Part shown: positions 6,608 to 6,654 of the stretch, piece after piece
How the letters are laid out: each line of letters starts with the position of its first letter
Numbering within the stretch: the first letter of the stretch is position 1
Virus record (IMG/VR): IMGVR_UViG_2713896788_000026
Source of the DNA: a virus
Taxonomy: Duplodnaviria; Heunggongvirae; Uroviricota; Caudoviricetes
DNA: 6,654 bases
Reading direction: 5' to 3' (one strand)
Position numbers and translations under genes: made by a program
The notes under the pieces: model-generated
Database searches by the model: none
The model's input: the letters and a program-made list of their open reading frames with translations, nothing else
Told to the model about the DNA's origin: nothing

Positions 6608-6654
6608 CCCTGAAACGGGAATTTTTTCTCTGCGTGAGAGGGGGCGCGGTGTCC

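Larger units (their letters stand above)
1..6654 (-). mobile_element. Packaging/head morphogenesis module of a tailed phage (prophage or phage-like element); both ends lie outside the window
   Basis: Contiguous same-strand genes for terminase small and large subunits, prohead protease/major capsid fusion and portal, with short spacers and overlapping start/stop codons typical of phage late operons. Confidence 0.85.

Noticed and set aside
6611-6654. Possible cohesive-end (cos) site or terminator in the GC-rich segment at the right edge (GAGAGGGGGCGCGGTGTCC)
   Set aside because: Only a 4-5 bp stem is possible and no U-tract follows on either strand. I cannot match it to a known cos sequence from memory and the window ends here.
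1-6654. Defence or anti-defence system, toxin-antitoxin pair, integrase, attachment site, tRNA or other cargo
   Set aside because: Every substantial ORF is accounted for by packaging and head genes, and the intergenic spacers are under 250 bp. Nothing in the sequence supports a discrete accessory system in this window.

Overview
The window is almost entirely the DNA-packaging and head-assembly module of a tailed phage, most likely a prophage or phage-like element in a GC-rich, enterobacterial-type host (judged by eye from codon usage). All credible genes are on the minus strand, read right to left: terminase small subunit (5846..6409), terminase large subunit (4188..5849, start overlapping the terS stop), an in-frame fusion of an HK97-type prohead protease to an HK97-fold major capsid protein (2187..4124), a doubtful 73-aa ORF (1921..2142), and an HK97-family portal protein (1975 down to the window edge). 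The plus-strand ORFs in the track look like antisense artefacts. I see no integrase, tRNA, CRISPR array, toxin-antitoxin pair or recognisable defence system, and no evidence for a discrete new system. The unusual points are architectural: (1) an in-frame 162-bp tandem repeat at the portal 3' end, broken by a 71-nt N gap; (2) a long C-terminal extension on the portal; (3) capsid gene placed before portal, with protease fused to capsid and a possible nested internal start; (4) a cluster of GTTAAC-centred palindromes upstream of terS; (5) two hairpins in the short intergenic spacers. Family assignments rest on recognising motifs in the translations, not on any search. Coordinates of small sites are good to about 1-2 nt, because my base count around 4081-4187 differs by one from the ORF track.
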